DNA of 248,000 bases from contig NW_008806285.1 of the NCBI RefSeq assembly GCF_000400465.1, positions 20,001 to 268,000 of the forward strand, written 5' to 3'. This document shows positions 225,307-238,949 of the stretch, in pieces. A program made the translations under genes and the position numbers. Under the pieces are notes generated by a model. That model saw only the letters and a program-made list of their open reading frames with translations. It ran no database searches and was not told the DNA's origin. Source of the DNA: Wallemia ichthyophaga EXF-994. Lineage: Eukaryota > Fungi > Basidiomycota. Every line of letters starts with the position of its first letter. Position 1 is the stretch's first letter.

Positions 225307-228300
225307 TTAGCAATCACTCAATGCTGATGAAGAGGTAGGAGAACCACTGGTTTCTCGTCTCATTCTTGCTTCAAGCAGTTTGCGCGTACGTGGAGCGACA
225401 GCGGCACCCCTTCTGCGTGGAGGGCCTTCTTCTAAATCATCCGAGTTGACTCTCGAGCTCCAAGACGTTGTCAGGATATCGTCGACTTTTGCGAGTGCTT
225501 TATCTGAATCCTCTTGGGAATGTGAATAAGGCTGATCTGAATACTTTGATTCATTTTGGCCTTTACCAATAAAGTTATACTTATGGTTCCCGCTGTCATA
225601 GCTGTCATACATCGGTGACGGTAATGCTTCACCGTTGACTGTATTGATTCCAAGTGATCCCATACCAGTTGATTGTCTCATCGATGGCAGTCTCATGAGG
225701 TAGTTCTTCATTGTAGACGATCTCGCTAATTCTGGTGTAGCCTCGATTGTTGGCAGGAAGTCTGACGAAGCAGGTGACTTTAATTTAGGTGAAGCGACTT
225801 CAGATCCCTTGAAGGCATTAGACATTGGCGATCTAAAGTCTTCATCTGTATGTTTTGAAGGTGAGTTGTTCTCCCCGCTATATGGAGATGTGAAGTGTTC
225901 GTCGCTTTGAGGAGACACTGCAATGTCGGACTTATCCACAACAGGCGGAGCTGAGGAGTCCATTCTACTGTTTTCAATGTTCTTCCAATCGTCAACAACC
226001 ATTTGCTGCTGCTCTACATTATTATTCACGTGTTGTGCATTCTCTTCCATCAAGGCAGATGTTGTCATTTGAGAAGCTCTGTATCTTGTACTGGTAGACA
226101 TGGCACTCCTACGCGTTTTGTATCTACGCACTTTAGACCTTGTTGATGAACCTCCAATTGAGTCATTCCTCGACGATTCATTCGAAGCATCGTTGCTCCT
226201 ACCTATGTTGATTATTCCATCGTCCTCATATGTTTCATCCTCATAAAACACTGTTGATCCACTACCTTCACTCCATGTCTCTATCTCTTGTCCGATCGAT
226301 TCATCCTCATTCTCATTTTCTTCCGGTTTCTGTTGATCCTTTTCTTTACTCTGCATGTTTGGTTGAATACTCAAAGCAGCTCCAAATGATTGCGGTGGCT
226401 CTTGTTTAGCGTTTGCTTGGAAGATCATTTCGGACCTAACAGCCTGTGGCGGAGGAGAGCGTAAAGTTTCAGGAAGGCTCTGCCAATCTGGTACTGGTGG
226501 AGGACTGACGACTTTGGGAGGTGAACTGACTGCATTTGGTGGAGGCGACACTACCCGTGGGACTTGAGCTTCAAGTGACCAAGAGGGTGGATGCACTTTC
226601 TTGCCAGCAAGTGGAGGTGATGGCAAGAATGGCAACTGAGCTAGTTCTGCGTCTTCAGGCAAAGGAGATGCCACCTGCGGCTCAGGCGACAGACCAGGTG
226701 GCGTCAACTGTGATTCATTTTGCTTCATTGCAGTATGGATACTACTATCAGCTCCATTTTTGTCGTCTTGGCCCTTGACAAATGGAGTGATAGCCATCTC
226801 ACGAAGTCTGGCAGCTTCGTCGTTGAACTCATCGCGAATGTTGTTCATGTCTTTGACGGTGTAGAACTTAGATTGACCAGCTATTTTTTCGGTGAACGGT
226901 CCATCGTCAACCTCCTCACTCTTGTCGCTCCTGGCTAATTCCGCGAAGTTTGGACTGAGAGGAACAGGAGATCTTGCCAACTTTTCAAGCAAAGGGGAGT
227001 GAGGTGACTTGAAATATGTAAGCGTGCATTGCAAGTTTTATTATGTCTTACCTTTTCTTTGCTCCTCGCAGACTTTTCAGGGTACTGCTGATTGCCAATG
227101 TCAAAATTTTCATTGACAACAGCGTTCATGGTTATAGGAGATGAGAAGCTGATTCTATCTTTCAGATCTTTGCTCTTGGATTTAGATAATTTAAACTTTT
227201 TGCTCCGTTTAGCGTGTCTGTCGGGTGATTTTGGCAACGGTGGGGGCGGCGAATCCATCTTTTTGGTGTCCTTAGCATCTTTAGTGCCCTCAGCGGTTGA
227301 ATTTGAGTCCGATTTGAGCTGTTCGTAGGAGATTGGAACTGGTGACTGTAAATCCTTGCTGATTGGAGTTAAGACATTGTCCACAGGTGACTTTGTTTGC
227401 TTAACATCTTCCATTTCAATCTCTCTTGGAGCATTGGCGGGAACAATAGAGTTTCTAAGCCATCCAGCAGCAGCAGGAGTTGGTTCACGCTTTGGTGGGT
227501 GGAAAGCCGTTTTGATAGCTTGGCTAAAGTCACCCCAAGGCGTTGAGCTGCGAAGCGGTGGCGAAAATGCAGATGGGATGTAATTGCTTTCGTCATTATC
227601 CACTATCTGTTGAGCATTCTTGTCCGATGTCTTACGCTGTCTGATTTGCGCGTCGCGGGCATTGTCAATCTGAGGAGAAGGTCTCTGCGAAAATATCTTG
227701 TTACCAATGACGCCAGATTTGTAGCGTTCACCATCTAAAGCCGACTTCATTGCATTGGCGTAAAATGCCATTGAGCCTGAGTTGTGATTCTTGCTATCTG
227801 ACATTTCGTCCAGTCTGCGATCGACGTCATAAGAAGAGGCATCTTGGAAACCCTCAGGCAATGGGGACTTTAGAATTTGATCCGTGATTTCGCTAGGAGG
227901 CTGGAATGATGAGTTTGTACGCTGGAAGACTGGCCTTGGTGATTGCTTTGGAGTGTTATTGTTTGAGGGCCATTTCCAAGGCTCATTGCGGAAAGAAGGA
228001 GAGGCAAGTCCAGAAGGTTGATAGCCCCAAGGCCTTTCAGCTCTTTCCTCTGGAGGGTTTGAGAAAGGCAGCGCATTTGGAGACATCATCTGAGCATCGT
228101 CGTCCGTTTGCCAGCTTGAATGACGGGGCTCTTCATCTAAATGACCTTCTGAGGTCTTGATAGCAGCTGGTTTGTCTATCTCCGAGATAGAGTCTGAAGA
228201 CCCATTCTCCATCGAGATTTGACGCTCTTTGGCGAGCCGACTGCGACGACGTTTGCGATAAATGAGACCCATGATAGTGAAGGCTGCGACCAAGCCACTA

Positions 228301-228900
228301 ATAATAAAAATGGGAGAGAGATATGCAACTTTGAAATCAGTGGAGCTGGAGTCGGAGATGGATTGCTGAGCATCTTCTGCGTTGTTGGTTGAAGGAGGGC
228401 TAGGTTGGACATCGTCGGTAGACTGGTCAATATCTTCGTCTTGGTTATTGTCTTGCTCTTGCAGCTCTTCTGGTTCATCGTTGATCTGGTCTATCGCCGA
228501 ATCGATGTCATCATTTGGCTGGTTGTCTTGATTTTCTTGATTCGACTCGGCATCGTCATCATTTGGAGACTAAAATTGGTTAGGATGACCCGAAAAAGCT
228601 TAGTGACTCACAGAGGAGGACTCCTGGTCGTCAGGTGCGGGATTGTCTTCGATATTTGAAGAATCCATATCATTCGGGAGTTGTAGAGGCGGACTAGTGG
228701 AACCACGGGTGTCGTCTAGACTACCAATGCCATGATAAGTACCGTCGTTGTATTTTTGACGCTTTTGTAAAGTGTGCTGACAGTTGTTATCCATATTGTG
228801 TACACAGCCAACGACCAAATTAACGTCGTCGTTGACTGCAGAGAAGTTTGAACGCGTTTTATCCAGTGTGTTCCTAATTGCTGGTTAGGTTTCTGACAAG
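225307..228900 (-). CDS. Large hypothetical single-pass membrane protein
   Basis: Acidic N-terminal exons; TM ISLPIFIISGLVAAFTIMGLIY + RKRRR; long disordered cytoplasmic tail. Confidence 0.5.
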
Positions 228901-230024
228901 ACATTTCTCTCTCACTCACAAATGAGCGTCTTGCTTATAAAAGTGGGGCTGTATGACCTCTGGGTCTTTAATCAAAGCTTGTCTGTTGAATGGGGGCACG
229001 ATGAAAGCGTGATTGAGAGTAAAGAGTGTGAATGTAGTTATAAAGGAGTTCAAATCCTTTATAAATTTCAATCGAGATGGTTCTTTATCAAGTAAATATT
229101 GAAATCGCGTTTTCGGATAGACGCGCTAAATAAAATACCTTCCTTATTAAGACGTGTGTAAGATCCTGTTTAATTTAACACTCGGATATGGCAATTTACT
229201 TTGTAAGACATTCATCGGCGTACACTGCTGCTACACTGTTGCTATTCCGCGTTTGTCAAAATTTGCACCTAGACTTTGCTAGCTGAAATCCTTGTCTTGT
229301 TGAGCGACTGGGATGTAAAGTAGTATAACGATGTTATAATCATATATAAGCCGCCATCAACTGCCTATATCGCGTTATTTAGAAAAGCCTGCGTATGTTA
229401 GTAGTCACCTGGTAGACTAGTATAGCGAACCAGCCGTTGAGGAACAATGAGTACATCTTGAAATTGAAAGAATCGTCATTTGAGAATAGCTTGATTGGAT
229501 AAAACAAGAGCAGATTGAATAGGCTATGTAGGAGCACTAATATCTGTATCAGGGGTACTGTGACCGTGATTAAGATGATAACGTTAATCTTATCATTCGG
229601 TCTGTTTAGCCGGAGTGAGAATAGCCTGTACCTCGCTTCCGCGCTAGCTCACTCGATTCCATTCGCAGCAAGGGCTCCTCCCATCATGTCGAAAAAGAAT
229701 TTGCGGTAGACGAGTCCCCCTTGCACGATTCAATAAGCATTTTAACTCTAAGCATTTCGGCTTTACTGACAGAGGCATGCGTAACAGACGTCTGAAGCGG
229801 TTATCAAAACAGAACAGCACACGGAAGCAACTCACAAGTAGTTGCCACCAGGGCAAACAGGCGGCAGACATCAATGCTGACTTTAGCATCGACAGCGACT
229901 TTCATTCTGTGCTAGTCCACGTGGTCGTTCCTCACAGACAGCGAGATCGATCGAGATGAAAGTTATCTACTACGCAATAAGGTAGATAATACATCAGTAA
230001 AGTACTCAAAAGCATCTGCTAACG

Positions 230025-230633
230025 TTGTCTAGCTTTTTCATGCTTGTTATTTCCGCTGCATCCACGCTGAGCGGCTTATTTAAGGTGTCGTGGGTTTTCA
230101 AACGCTCTGTGAACAACATAGGGCTGTTCAGAATCTGTTACGATAAATTAGGCGTGCAAGAATGTCAGAGATTCCCTAATCAAGGCACTTGCGACGAACT
230201 TGGTGAAGCGTTCTGCACAGTGTGGTCCTCCGCAGGCTACACCATACAATTATCCTTTATATTTCTCGTCCCTTGTCTTTGTGCGATTACGCTCATCGCT
230301 TGTATCGGTCGCAAGGGCGGCAAGAAACGTCGTGAAGGGTGGAGATTGATGACATGCTTAATGGTTCTGTATTCCTCGCTTCAGCTCTTCACCGTCATAA
230401 CCGTGGCTGTCTTCAGCAAGACTAAGAATCTCGGCCACCTAGGCACTGGATTCTACATGACGCTCGTCGCTGTTTTACTTTCTTTCACGGCATGCTTCAT
230501 TCAGATCATAGCCGGATTCTCAGCTTCACGTAATTATGCATGGGCTAAAGAAGAGAAAGATTACTGGTTCACTGGACGCAGGTCAAGTAGTCTTACTGCA
230601 GATGAACACACGCCATTGATCAGCCACGGTTGA
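230025..230633 (+). CDS. Four-TM claudin-like membrane protein
   Basis: GLFRIC..C..FP..C claudin-like loop; four hydrophobic helices. Confidence 0.6.
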   Translation: MSSFFMLVISAASTLSGLFKVSWVFKRSVNNIGLFRICYDKLGVQECQRFPNQGTCDELGEAFCTVWSSAGYTIQLSFIFLVPCLCAITLIACIGRKGGKKRREGWRLMTCLMVLYSSLQLFTVITVAVFSKTKNLGHLGTGFYMTLVAVLLSFTACFIQIIAGFSASRNYAWAKEEKDYWFTGRRSSSLTADEHTPLISHG

Positions 230634-230650
230634 GGCGTGTGGTGCTGTAA

Positions 230651-231392
230651 TTAGCTGTGAATGATTTCCCCTCTGTTGTTTTCGACTTTGCTAAAGTACT
230701 GGGGTGACAATGTGTTTTCTATTCCACTTGTGAGTATAACACCGTTCAAGGATTTGTACAGTTTGATGTCATCTGGGTGGGAGTGAGTTTAAGTGTACAT
230801 CGCAGCAAGCAACAAACCTCTAAGAACTTTGCCAACGTCAACGTATATGAAGACTGTCGAAGAATTACGCATTCCGCTCACAACTCCGGCCTCTTTGGGC
230901 ATACCAGCAGCCAGATGAATGTACTGCCTCCCCATTGTCTTGAGGCCACTGACCTTTATGCTACTCCAAGCATCATCGTTTGTGCCGTGTATCACGACAG
231001 GTGCCTCATCTGTGCTCAATATCTGAGATAACTCCAACTGTGTCGTGTCTAAGGAGTGGCCCTGAACGGCCCTTATAAACCAAACACCAGACTCTGACAC
231101 CAGCTGGTAACGCTTTTTGTCGTTGTTCAAGACTAGTTGCTGCAACAGCTCGAAATCCAGTCCGCGCAATTTAGGCCTGCTTAGCTGTAAAGACTAATTA
231201 GAACGGACGGCTGGATGCGCACCACCCACGCACCAAATCATCCACCCTGATAAAGCCATCATTTCTCATTTCCAGTCCCTCCTTGATGGCACCATGCCTC
231301 AGAATATACGACAGCGTTTTCGAGTAGCGCACTTCTGGGGAATCTGTGGGCCTGCCTCTAGCGTTCTTTGGTGGCTGCTTTGGGTCCATCAT
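230651..231392 (-). CDS. TPT1: tRNA 2'-phosphotransferase
   Basis: SKTLSYILRHGA; IRAVQGHS; HGT; RQYIHLA; SLNGVILT. Confidence 0.93.
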
Positions 231393-231517
231393 ATCATTTA
231401 ATTTTCTGAAGTTTTTACGTCGAGCCCCGCCTTCGCTTGCTTCTTCAAAGGTCTTTTAGGATATAATCAGGATGAGCGTAAGATCTAAAATTTAAGCAGT
231501 AGGCGTAGTACTGAGAA

Positions 231518-232135
231518 ATGCAATCAGTTAAGATTATTCAACCCACGCGTTATCAGCCGAGCTGCACTGCCGTAAGACGAGCCACAGCTGGCTTCTCTTT
231601 TCAATTAACCTCAGTTTTAGTTCAACAAGCCGCACTTTTATTCCTTCAATACGTAGACTGCAGGACTCTAGCAGCGATGCACCCGCCAACCCAAAGCTCG
231701 AGTCGATCGTCGATCAAATAGCATCACTTAACTTGGTTGAAGCTGCTGATTTGGCTCAATTGTTGAAGGTACATGGCTGTGCCTACAATTTTACGCCTAC
231801 TAACACCCAAGCAGACCAAATTGAACATCCAAGACGTCGCCATGCCTGCTGTTGCCGCTGCACCTGCTGCCTCTGCCGACGCCGCTGCTGAGGCCGAAGA
231901 GGACAAGCCAAAGGAGAAGACTATATTCTCAGTCAAGCTGGAATCTATTGATCAGACCGCTAAAGCAAAGGTTATCAAGGAAGTCAAGGCTTTGAATCCA
232001 ACCATGAACTTGGTCGAGGCAAAGAAGTTCGTTGAAAGCGCACCACAAGTTCTTAAGGAGGGTTTGACAAAGGAGGATGCTGAGAAGCTTCAAAAGGCAC
232101 TTGAAGCCGCAGGTGCAAAGATTGTCCTTGAGTAG
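231518..232135 (+). CDS. MNP1: Mitochondrial ribosomal protein bL12m
   Basis: LNLVEAADL; KAKVIKEVK; NLVEAKKFVESAP. Confidence 0.94.
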
Positions 232136-232185
232136 ACAATAAGTAGACAATGTATAAATTTCATTTCCTTCTTACTATTACTACA

Positions 232186-233972
232186 TTACTTCTCTTTAGC
232201 CACCTCTCTCACGCTCTCTTTGAATATTTTACATCCCAGCTCCATTTCGTCCTTTGTGATGGTCAGTGGTGGGATGAATCTGATAACATCAAATGCAGAT
232301 GTCGTGAGCAGCATCAGTCCCTTTTCCAAGCACCTCTTCTGCACTCTGCCGCCGACGTTGTTTGGTGTCGCATTGCTTATGCTAGCATTTGGGATTGGAT
232401 GCTTTGATGAGCTGACAAACTCGACGCCGATCATCAAACCCAATCCACGGACTTTTTAGGTATTTAAATAAGCGCGTTGAGTGAGAATCTTACTCACCAT
232501 CAGCAAACAAGTGCTTTGTCTCACTATCAGTCTGCAGTTCCTTCAAAGCAGCCAGCAACTCAGCTGAACGAGCCTTCACGTTGTCGAGTATCTTCTCTTC
232601 TCTCATGATGTTAGCACACTCAACTCCAGCTGCACATGAGATGGCGTTTCCTGAGTATGTTCCACCCAATGAACCCTGTAGCGTGTGTCAGAGTCAGCCT
232701 ATTGCACTGATTCGATGAGACACACCTTTGGCATTTTGTCGGTAAGCTCCTTGCGAGTCACAACGCCTGAGAGCGGGAAGCCGTTTGCAATTCCCTTGGC
232801 TATGACGAGGATATCTGGACGGACACCGGAGTACTCTGAGGCAAAGTATTTACCAGTACGACCGAAACCACTCTGCACTTCGTCACTGATAGTATTGTGA
232901 GCATACTTTTACTGTGTACTGCGAATACGCACATGATAAGCATGATATTGTTATCGTCGCAAATTTGACGCAGACCATGGAGATATGAAGAAGGAGCTGG
233001 GACGTAGCCTCTGTAAAGCATTATAATGAGCTTGTGTTGTGATGTAACTCTCGAAAACTCACCCCTCTCCAATGACCGGCTCGAGAATAATAGCAGCGGT
233101 ATCAGCAGGCGCGCTCTGCTGGGCAAGGAGCATCTCGAGCTGGAATAGACATTGCTTGACAAGTTCGTCTTCGGGTGTGGATTGTGGGAGACCCATTTGG
233201 TGTGCGTAAGGGAATGGTGTTGCGAAAATACCAGGCTGCGTGGTCTCAGTGAGGTACATCTCGTGTTAGACGACGCAAACTCACCATGCCGTGGCCAACT
233301 TGCTCTGCATAGATGGTCTTGGACTTGGTAAGTGCGGATGCACCGTACGTACGTCTGTCGAGTGTTAGATAAGTAACCAGCTGCATTCGACCAACACACC
233401 CGTGATAAGATCCTTGCATACAGATAATGTTGCCGTGCGTCTTTCCAGACGACTTTCTTGCGATCTTGACTGCATTTTCTACAGCTTCACTGCCAGAGTT
233501 GAGCTTGAGAAATATGAGCTCATTGAAGAGATAAGAAGCGGCGACTAACGAAGAAGAATGAGTCGAGCGAAGGATGTGGCATGACTGGGAGTAATTTCTC
233601 AATGAGCTGTACACTAGCGCAGCGTTAGAGGTGAAGCTGTTGCCGTCAGTACCGGCAAACCCACTATGGACGGTGGAATCCAATGCTGCACTGGCCGTGT
233701 ACGAGCGTGGCTACCTGCTCTTGTGCAGCCTTGGTGACACGTGGGTGGCAGTGGCCGAGGTTCGTCACGCCTGATATCACATTAAGTGGGCGAACGATAA
233801 GATAAGACAGACGCACCAATACCACAGGTAAAGTCGAGATACTTGGTCTCATTCTGGGCCACATCGTCAGCGCCACTATACCATTTATGCCGCTAACATA
233901 CAGTGTGAAGCCAGCTGCCTTCTCCCTTCTCAATCATATGGTCTTTAATACGGCCACAGCCGCTGGCAACAT
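232186..233972 (-). CDS. Class III PLP aminotransferase, GabT/PuuE-like
   Basis: [12 protein letters not shown]; SGSEAVENA; LEPVIGEG; [11 protein letters not shown]; AKGIANG. Confidence 0.85.
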
Positions 233973-234448
233973 GCTTTTGTCCAGTTTTAATCAAATCAGT
234001 CATCGTTTCTGTTCAACACTCAAATCCTTGCGTGGTTCTTATTGCCTTCTAAGCGAGCAAATTAAGCGATGAGCCTGATTTACTAGCTTAGCGATACATC
234101 TTACCGATAAATTTACCGATAGGGCAGTAGTGATGATGTTAAATATCCGCTGGAACTATTCACGTGTACAAGAGCCGCGAGTGACTGTTTGTTGTGGTAA
234201 CCGGAGAAGCCATCCTCCTTCTTTTCTTATGTTGCATAGTAAATCTTACAGATGCTTATTAGAGTTTATATACCTTCCCTATCACTCCTCCCAATCTTCC
234301 TGATTTGAGCTTGCGTCAAAAATTGCGTCGGTCAAGACTTGGCTTCAGCGAGATGGCGTCGACCAAGTGATGCACGACTATGATCTTATTATTTATATTG
234401 TACTCTTAACATTTAAATACATTCGTTAGCTTTTATTTTACAACCAAG

Positions 234449-237400
234449 TTTATATATGATGTTTGTTGCTCGAGCGTATACTCTGTCCTAGCTTGCTGTC
234501 TTTGAAGTTCCATTCTTTGTCTATCTTCAGAAAGTCATCTTCAAGCAACTGTGATGCTGTTGGCCGCTCGCGCGGTTCAGCCTTGAAGCACGTGTCCTTG
234601 AATCTCACAGCGCTCTCACTCATCTTGATGCTCTCTTTAACTGGGGGTGCTGATCGTTTTTGTCCAACCTAAAAGGGTTAAACGAGTACTGAATGTCATG
234701 TTCAACTCACCTCCATCACTATCTGCACCATCGTCATCTTGGGCCATGGTCTTTCAGCCGTAAACATTTCCAGGAAAACACATCCCAAACTCCATATGTC
234801 GCACTTAGCTGAGTACCCAGTCATTCCAACTGAGTCTATTACTTCAGGCTGCACTGACATTAGCATTACGCTCGGATAATTATCACTTATCACTCACAGC
234901 CATCCAGTAGAAGGTCCCCTTCATGTTAGTGGCTCCGGCATTTGTACCATACGCATCAGAATCTGTTTATTTGTCAATCCTGCAATACACTACACTCGCC
235001 ACTCACCAGCAGCTTTAGAAACACCAAAGTCGGAAATTTTGCAGTTGCCCTCGAAATCGACGAGCAAATTATCCGCTTTGAGATCCCTGTGCCACACACC
235101 GCTATCATGAAGGTAAACTAGACCGTCCAACACCTGCTTCATGAAGAATCTAACCAAATTTTCTTCAAACGGACCGTGTCTCCTAAGACAGCGCATAACA
235201 GAGCCACCAGGAACATATTCAAGGAAGCTGTGCGAGGGGAGTTGGTTATAATAAAGCATTTCAACTACATTTACTCACATTGAAAAGTACTTTTCCGTTC
235301 TCTCGAAGCCTAAATAACTGACGATTCGATCATGATCGAGATCCTTGAGCAACTCAATCTCATACTTAATACTATCAACTAATTTGTTATCACCATCGTT
235401 TTCTTCTTCAGAATGAGCAGTCAAAGCAACCTGCTTTACAGCTAGCGGTTCACCAGTGTTGGCGTTGAGTGCCAGATACACATGACCGAACGATCCTTTC
235501 CCGATAAGGTCACCTTTGACCCACTTTATCGTAGATGGCTCATCTGTTACCGGTGAGAGGATATGATATTCTTTTTCCCTTTCATTCGGCTGGACCTGCA
235601 CAACTTTATTACCCCAGAACACCGTCGAGCGACGCCTCAACCCGTTCTTATCGTCTGCACTGTGTGCCTTTCTAATTGGAATGTTCTGATCTGGATTTGC
235701 TAAGTTTTCCTCTGAACTTAGCATCTTCTGCTCTTTCTGCTCTAAAGTTGGTTGCTCCAATTGGCTCTGATCTGTCTCATCTTCTCTTTGCCTGTATTTG
235801 GCGTTGGCATCTTGGAGATCTTTCATGGTATCTTCTCTCGCAATCTCAGCTGGTTCTTCATAGATAACTGATGAACGGTCGTTCGATTGATAGGAAGCGT
235901 CATCACCGACCCTGAACGACCTCGCTCTGTCCAATGCTTTGCGATGATCTTGAGCTACGTGTCTAATAGTTCTCGTCCTACGCATTCTCGAAGGAAGAGC
236001 TGTATGGCTAACGTTCTTGGGTATTTCTTTCTCCTTGACATTCTCGTTTTTCTCGTTATTTTGATTATTCTCACGCTTAGTGTTGTTTTTCTCATTTGTT
236101 GGTGAAAATTGCATCCTTGACTCCAATGTAGCACTTTCATCACCATTGTTCGACACTATAGGTCTGTCTAGATCATGTCCAGGGAAATACAGCTCCAAAT
236201 TATCAATCAAATCTTCCGGATTAGGTCTGAACAGAGCATTCTCATTTCGTTTGTCCCGAATACTTGAACCTCTATTCAATCTCCTTCTGTTCAGCAAGTG
236301 AGGTGATATTTTATTCGAACGCAATTGAGTTTGGGCAGGTGAACCTGAATCAGAAGCTGAAGTTGCAGTCGCTGTTGTAGTCTGCGGTTCGGAAGTAATT
236401 GTATTATTTTCTGGTATAATTAATTGTAATTTTCTTTTGTCTTGCTTTGAGGCATGAGTATCAGATCCACTAAGATACTCCGTGGTCGATTTAGGAGGCC
236501 TTTGCCAAGTAGCCACTCCTTCATCATCACTGTAGCTCTCTTCATTTTTATCATCTTTAATTGTTTCCGATGACAATGACTTTTGCGGCTGCTCATCTAC
236601 TATACTCCCTCTGCCAGGTATGATGGTTGCCATTTCTGGCGAAGTTGGTGTGACATTATGCCATGATTTCGTTGCAGTGTTTTGCTGATCCGCAGGCTTA
236701 ATCTTCCAGCCAAACTCATCGTCGTCATCATCAGTTGCTGATGAATAGTCCTCACCTGATGCCATCATACCATTGTCTGACTCAGCGCCATCAGGCTGTC
236801 TAGCGTGCGTGTTCGTTCCATCATCCAGTAAAAACTCCTGATCATCTTCAGCCGTAAACCTATCCTGACTATTCAAATCTGACGCTGGAGTCAACGGATC
236901 AACACTCGCTGTAGAAGACCTATTGGAAGATGAAGTGTGCTCATCAGGTATACTAGATACAGAGCTGTGCTGGTTGTGTTGGTGTGGTCTAGTATGCGAT
237001 GAGTTAGTTACAGACTGCGGCGAGATTGCATCGTTGGTTGGAATGTTCCCGTTCGCAGAAGGTGAAAAAAGTAATGTAGATTCCTCGCGTCCAAATCTAT
237101 CAATTGTAAAATCGTCATACTTGGCGTAAAAACCTTGATTTCCAGGTTTTGGCGTCGGCATGTTAGAAGGTTGTGGCATGCCGTCACTGGATACTGGCGT
237201 TACAAGTGTTGAGCGCGATTGCTGGTCTGAGGTTGGGCTTTGGTGCTTCGATGGAAGACTGCTGGTGCTCCACCCCGGTGATGCCAGTCTAGCTGAGTTT
237301 GGTGGGGATGCGTATGGTGGGGATGCGTATGGTGGGGATACGTATGGCTGTTGAGGGGGTGCGTTGTTCCTATACTGCTGCTGGTCGATTTGCTGATTCA

Positions 237401-238873
237401 TTCGGTACATCCAATTGAGCTCCTCTTCAGAATAAGGCCTTGAAGGTGGTTTGGCGGTACTAGATGAGGGTGACGTTGGCATCACATAGGGAGAGTCGGG
237501 GGGAGGTGGATGCGAAGGGTGGTTGACTAGGGTCTGCTGGTGCACTGGAAATGGGCTAGGTTGCACCTGACGAGAAGGTATCTTAATATTCGACTGAGAA
237601 TAAGTTTTTGGAGGCAGCGGTTTCATTTGAGTACCTGGCGATGTCACTTGTGGCTGAGGTGGAGCGTATACTTGTGCACCACCTTGCCTATGTTTGACAT
237701 AATTCGCTGGTATATTTGGTGGTACGGCAGGATAAACCGCAGGATTGTCCGAGTGATGGTAGCCGTCATACATATTAGAAATACTCCTTGCGCCTTGCAA
237801 TGGTTTTCGGTTGTGAGTAGTTGGTGGCACGCCAAGACTAGGAACTGGCATTTGCAACTGACGCTGAGTGGGATATGGGTGGTTATAGGGTTGTTGAGTT
237901 GATGGAGGTGGTCTTGAGCTCCACGAAGGCGAAGCCATTGCTGGGTATGGTGAATGTCGGGTTGATTTTTGTAAGCTTCTGTGATCTGCGGTATACGAAG
238001 ACAACGGTTTCCTATCAGTGTGCTGTTGCTGCTGTTGCACTCTCTCACGCTCCCTTAGAAGTAACAATCTTTCACGTTCCCTGTTTCTCCTGCGAACCAG
238101 GTCCACTTCGGAGCGAGGCATTTCACTACCGGCGACCTGTTCCGCCCATTGTCGCTGCTGACGCTCTATCTGTCTATTTTGCACCTCGCGTGCACGCTCG
238201 TCCTCAATCCGTAGATCCTCCTGTAGCTTCTGTGCTAACTCATGATCGCGCTGCTCTTGCTCGAATTTCGACATAAGGACATGCTGCTCTTGTTCTACAG
238301 ATGAGGAGGACATCGGTACACCGAAATTGTCAAGTCTAGTTCCAGTGCTGACGCTGCGTGAAGGCGCTGTGCCTCGGCTGCTCGGTCTTGGCTGTCTGCC
238401 AGGTCTCAAACTGAGCGGCAAGTTGAAATCAGTGTTGGTAACAGCTTGTGGACGCTCTACCTTGACTAGAATATGCGCGAGTACGTTTTGGGTTGAGTTC
238501 CTGGACGTCTGAGTGTTCAAAATTGCGTCCAATTCGCGATTGGAGATGGCTTTGGGAGAGGTCTGGCGAAGGAATAGATCTGTGAGGTAGAAATTGCAAT
238601 ATGGGTAGTCGTCTTCGTAGATAGGCAGCTGCGCTTTGAGATTAGCGCTAGTTGAACGTACACAGCGAGACTCACACAAGTAAGCACTGAGACTCTAGCT
238701 CTGTTGTAGCTGAACACGTTGCTGACGTCTACTGGATTCCAGCTGCCACCAACGATAGATACCATCAGGATTCTGATCTCTGCGGGATTGTCGAGTGACG
238801 CCTTGTGCTTGTGGTAGCTCATTTGCTTGTGGTGATTCGCGCTTTCGTCACTGTTTACTCTGAAATGTTTCAT
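234449..238873 (-). CDS. BCK1: MAPKKK Bck1-like
   Basis: WVKGDLIGKGSFGHV; HRDLKADN; CKISDFG; DIWSLGCV; RPNPEDLIDNLELYFP. Confidence 0.9.
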
Positions 238874-238949
238874 CTATTCCCACTATCTCAGCATCAACGT
238901 CGTCTGCAAGAGATAGGCTGAGCACACAAAATAAATTTTATAAGCAAAA

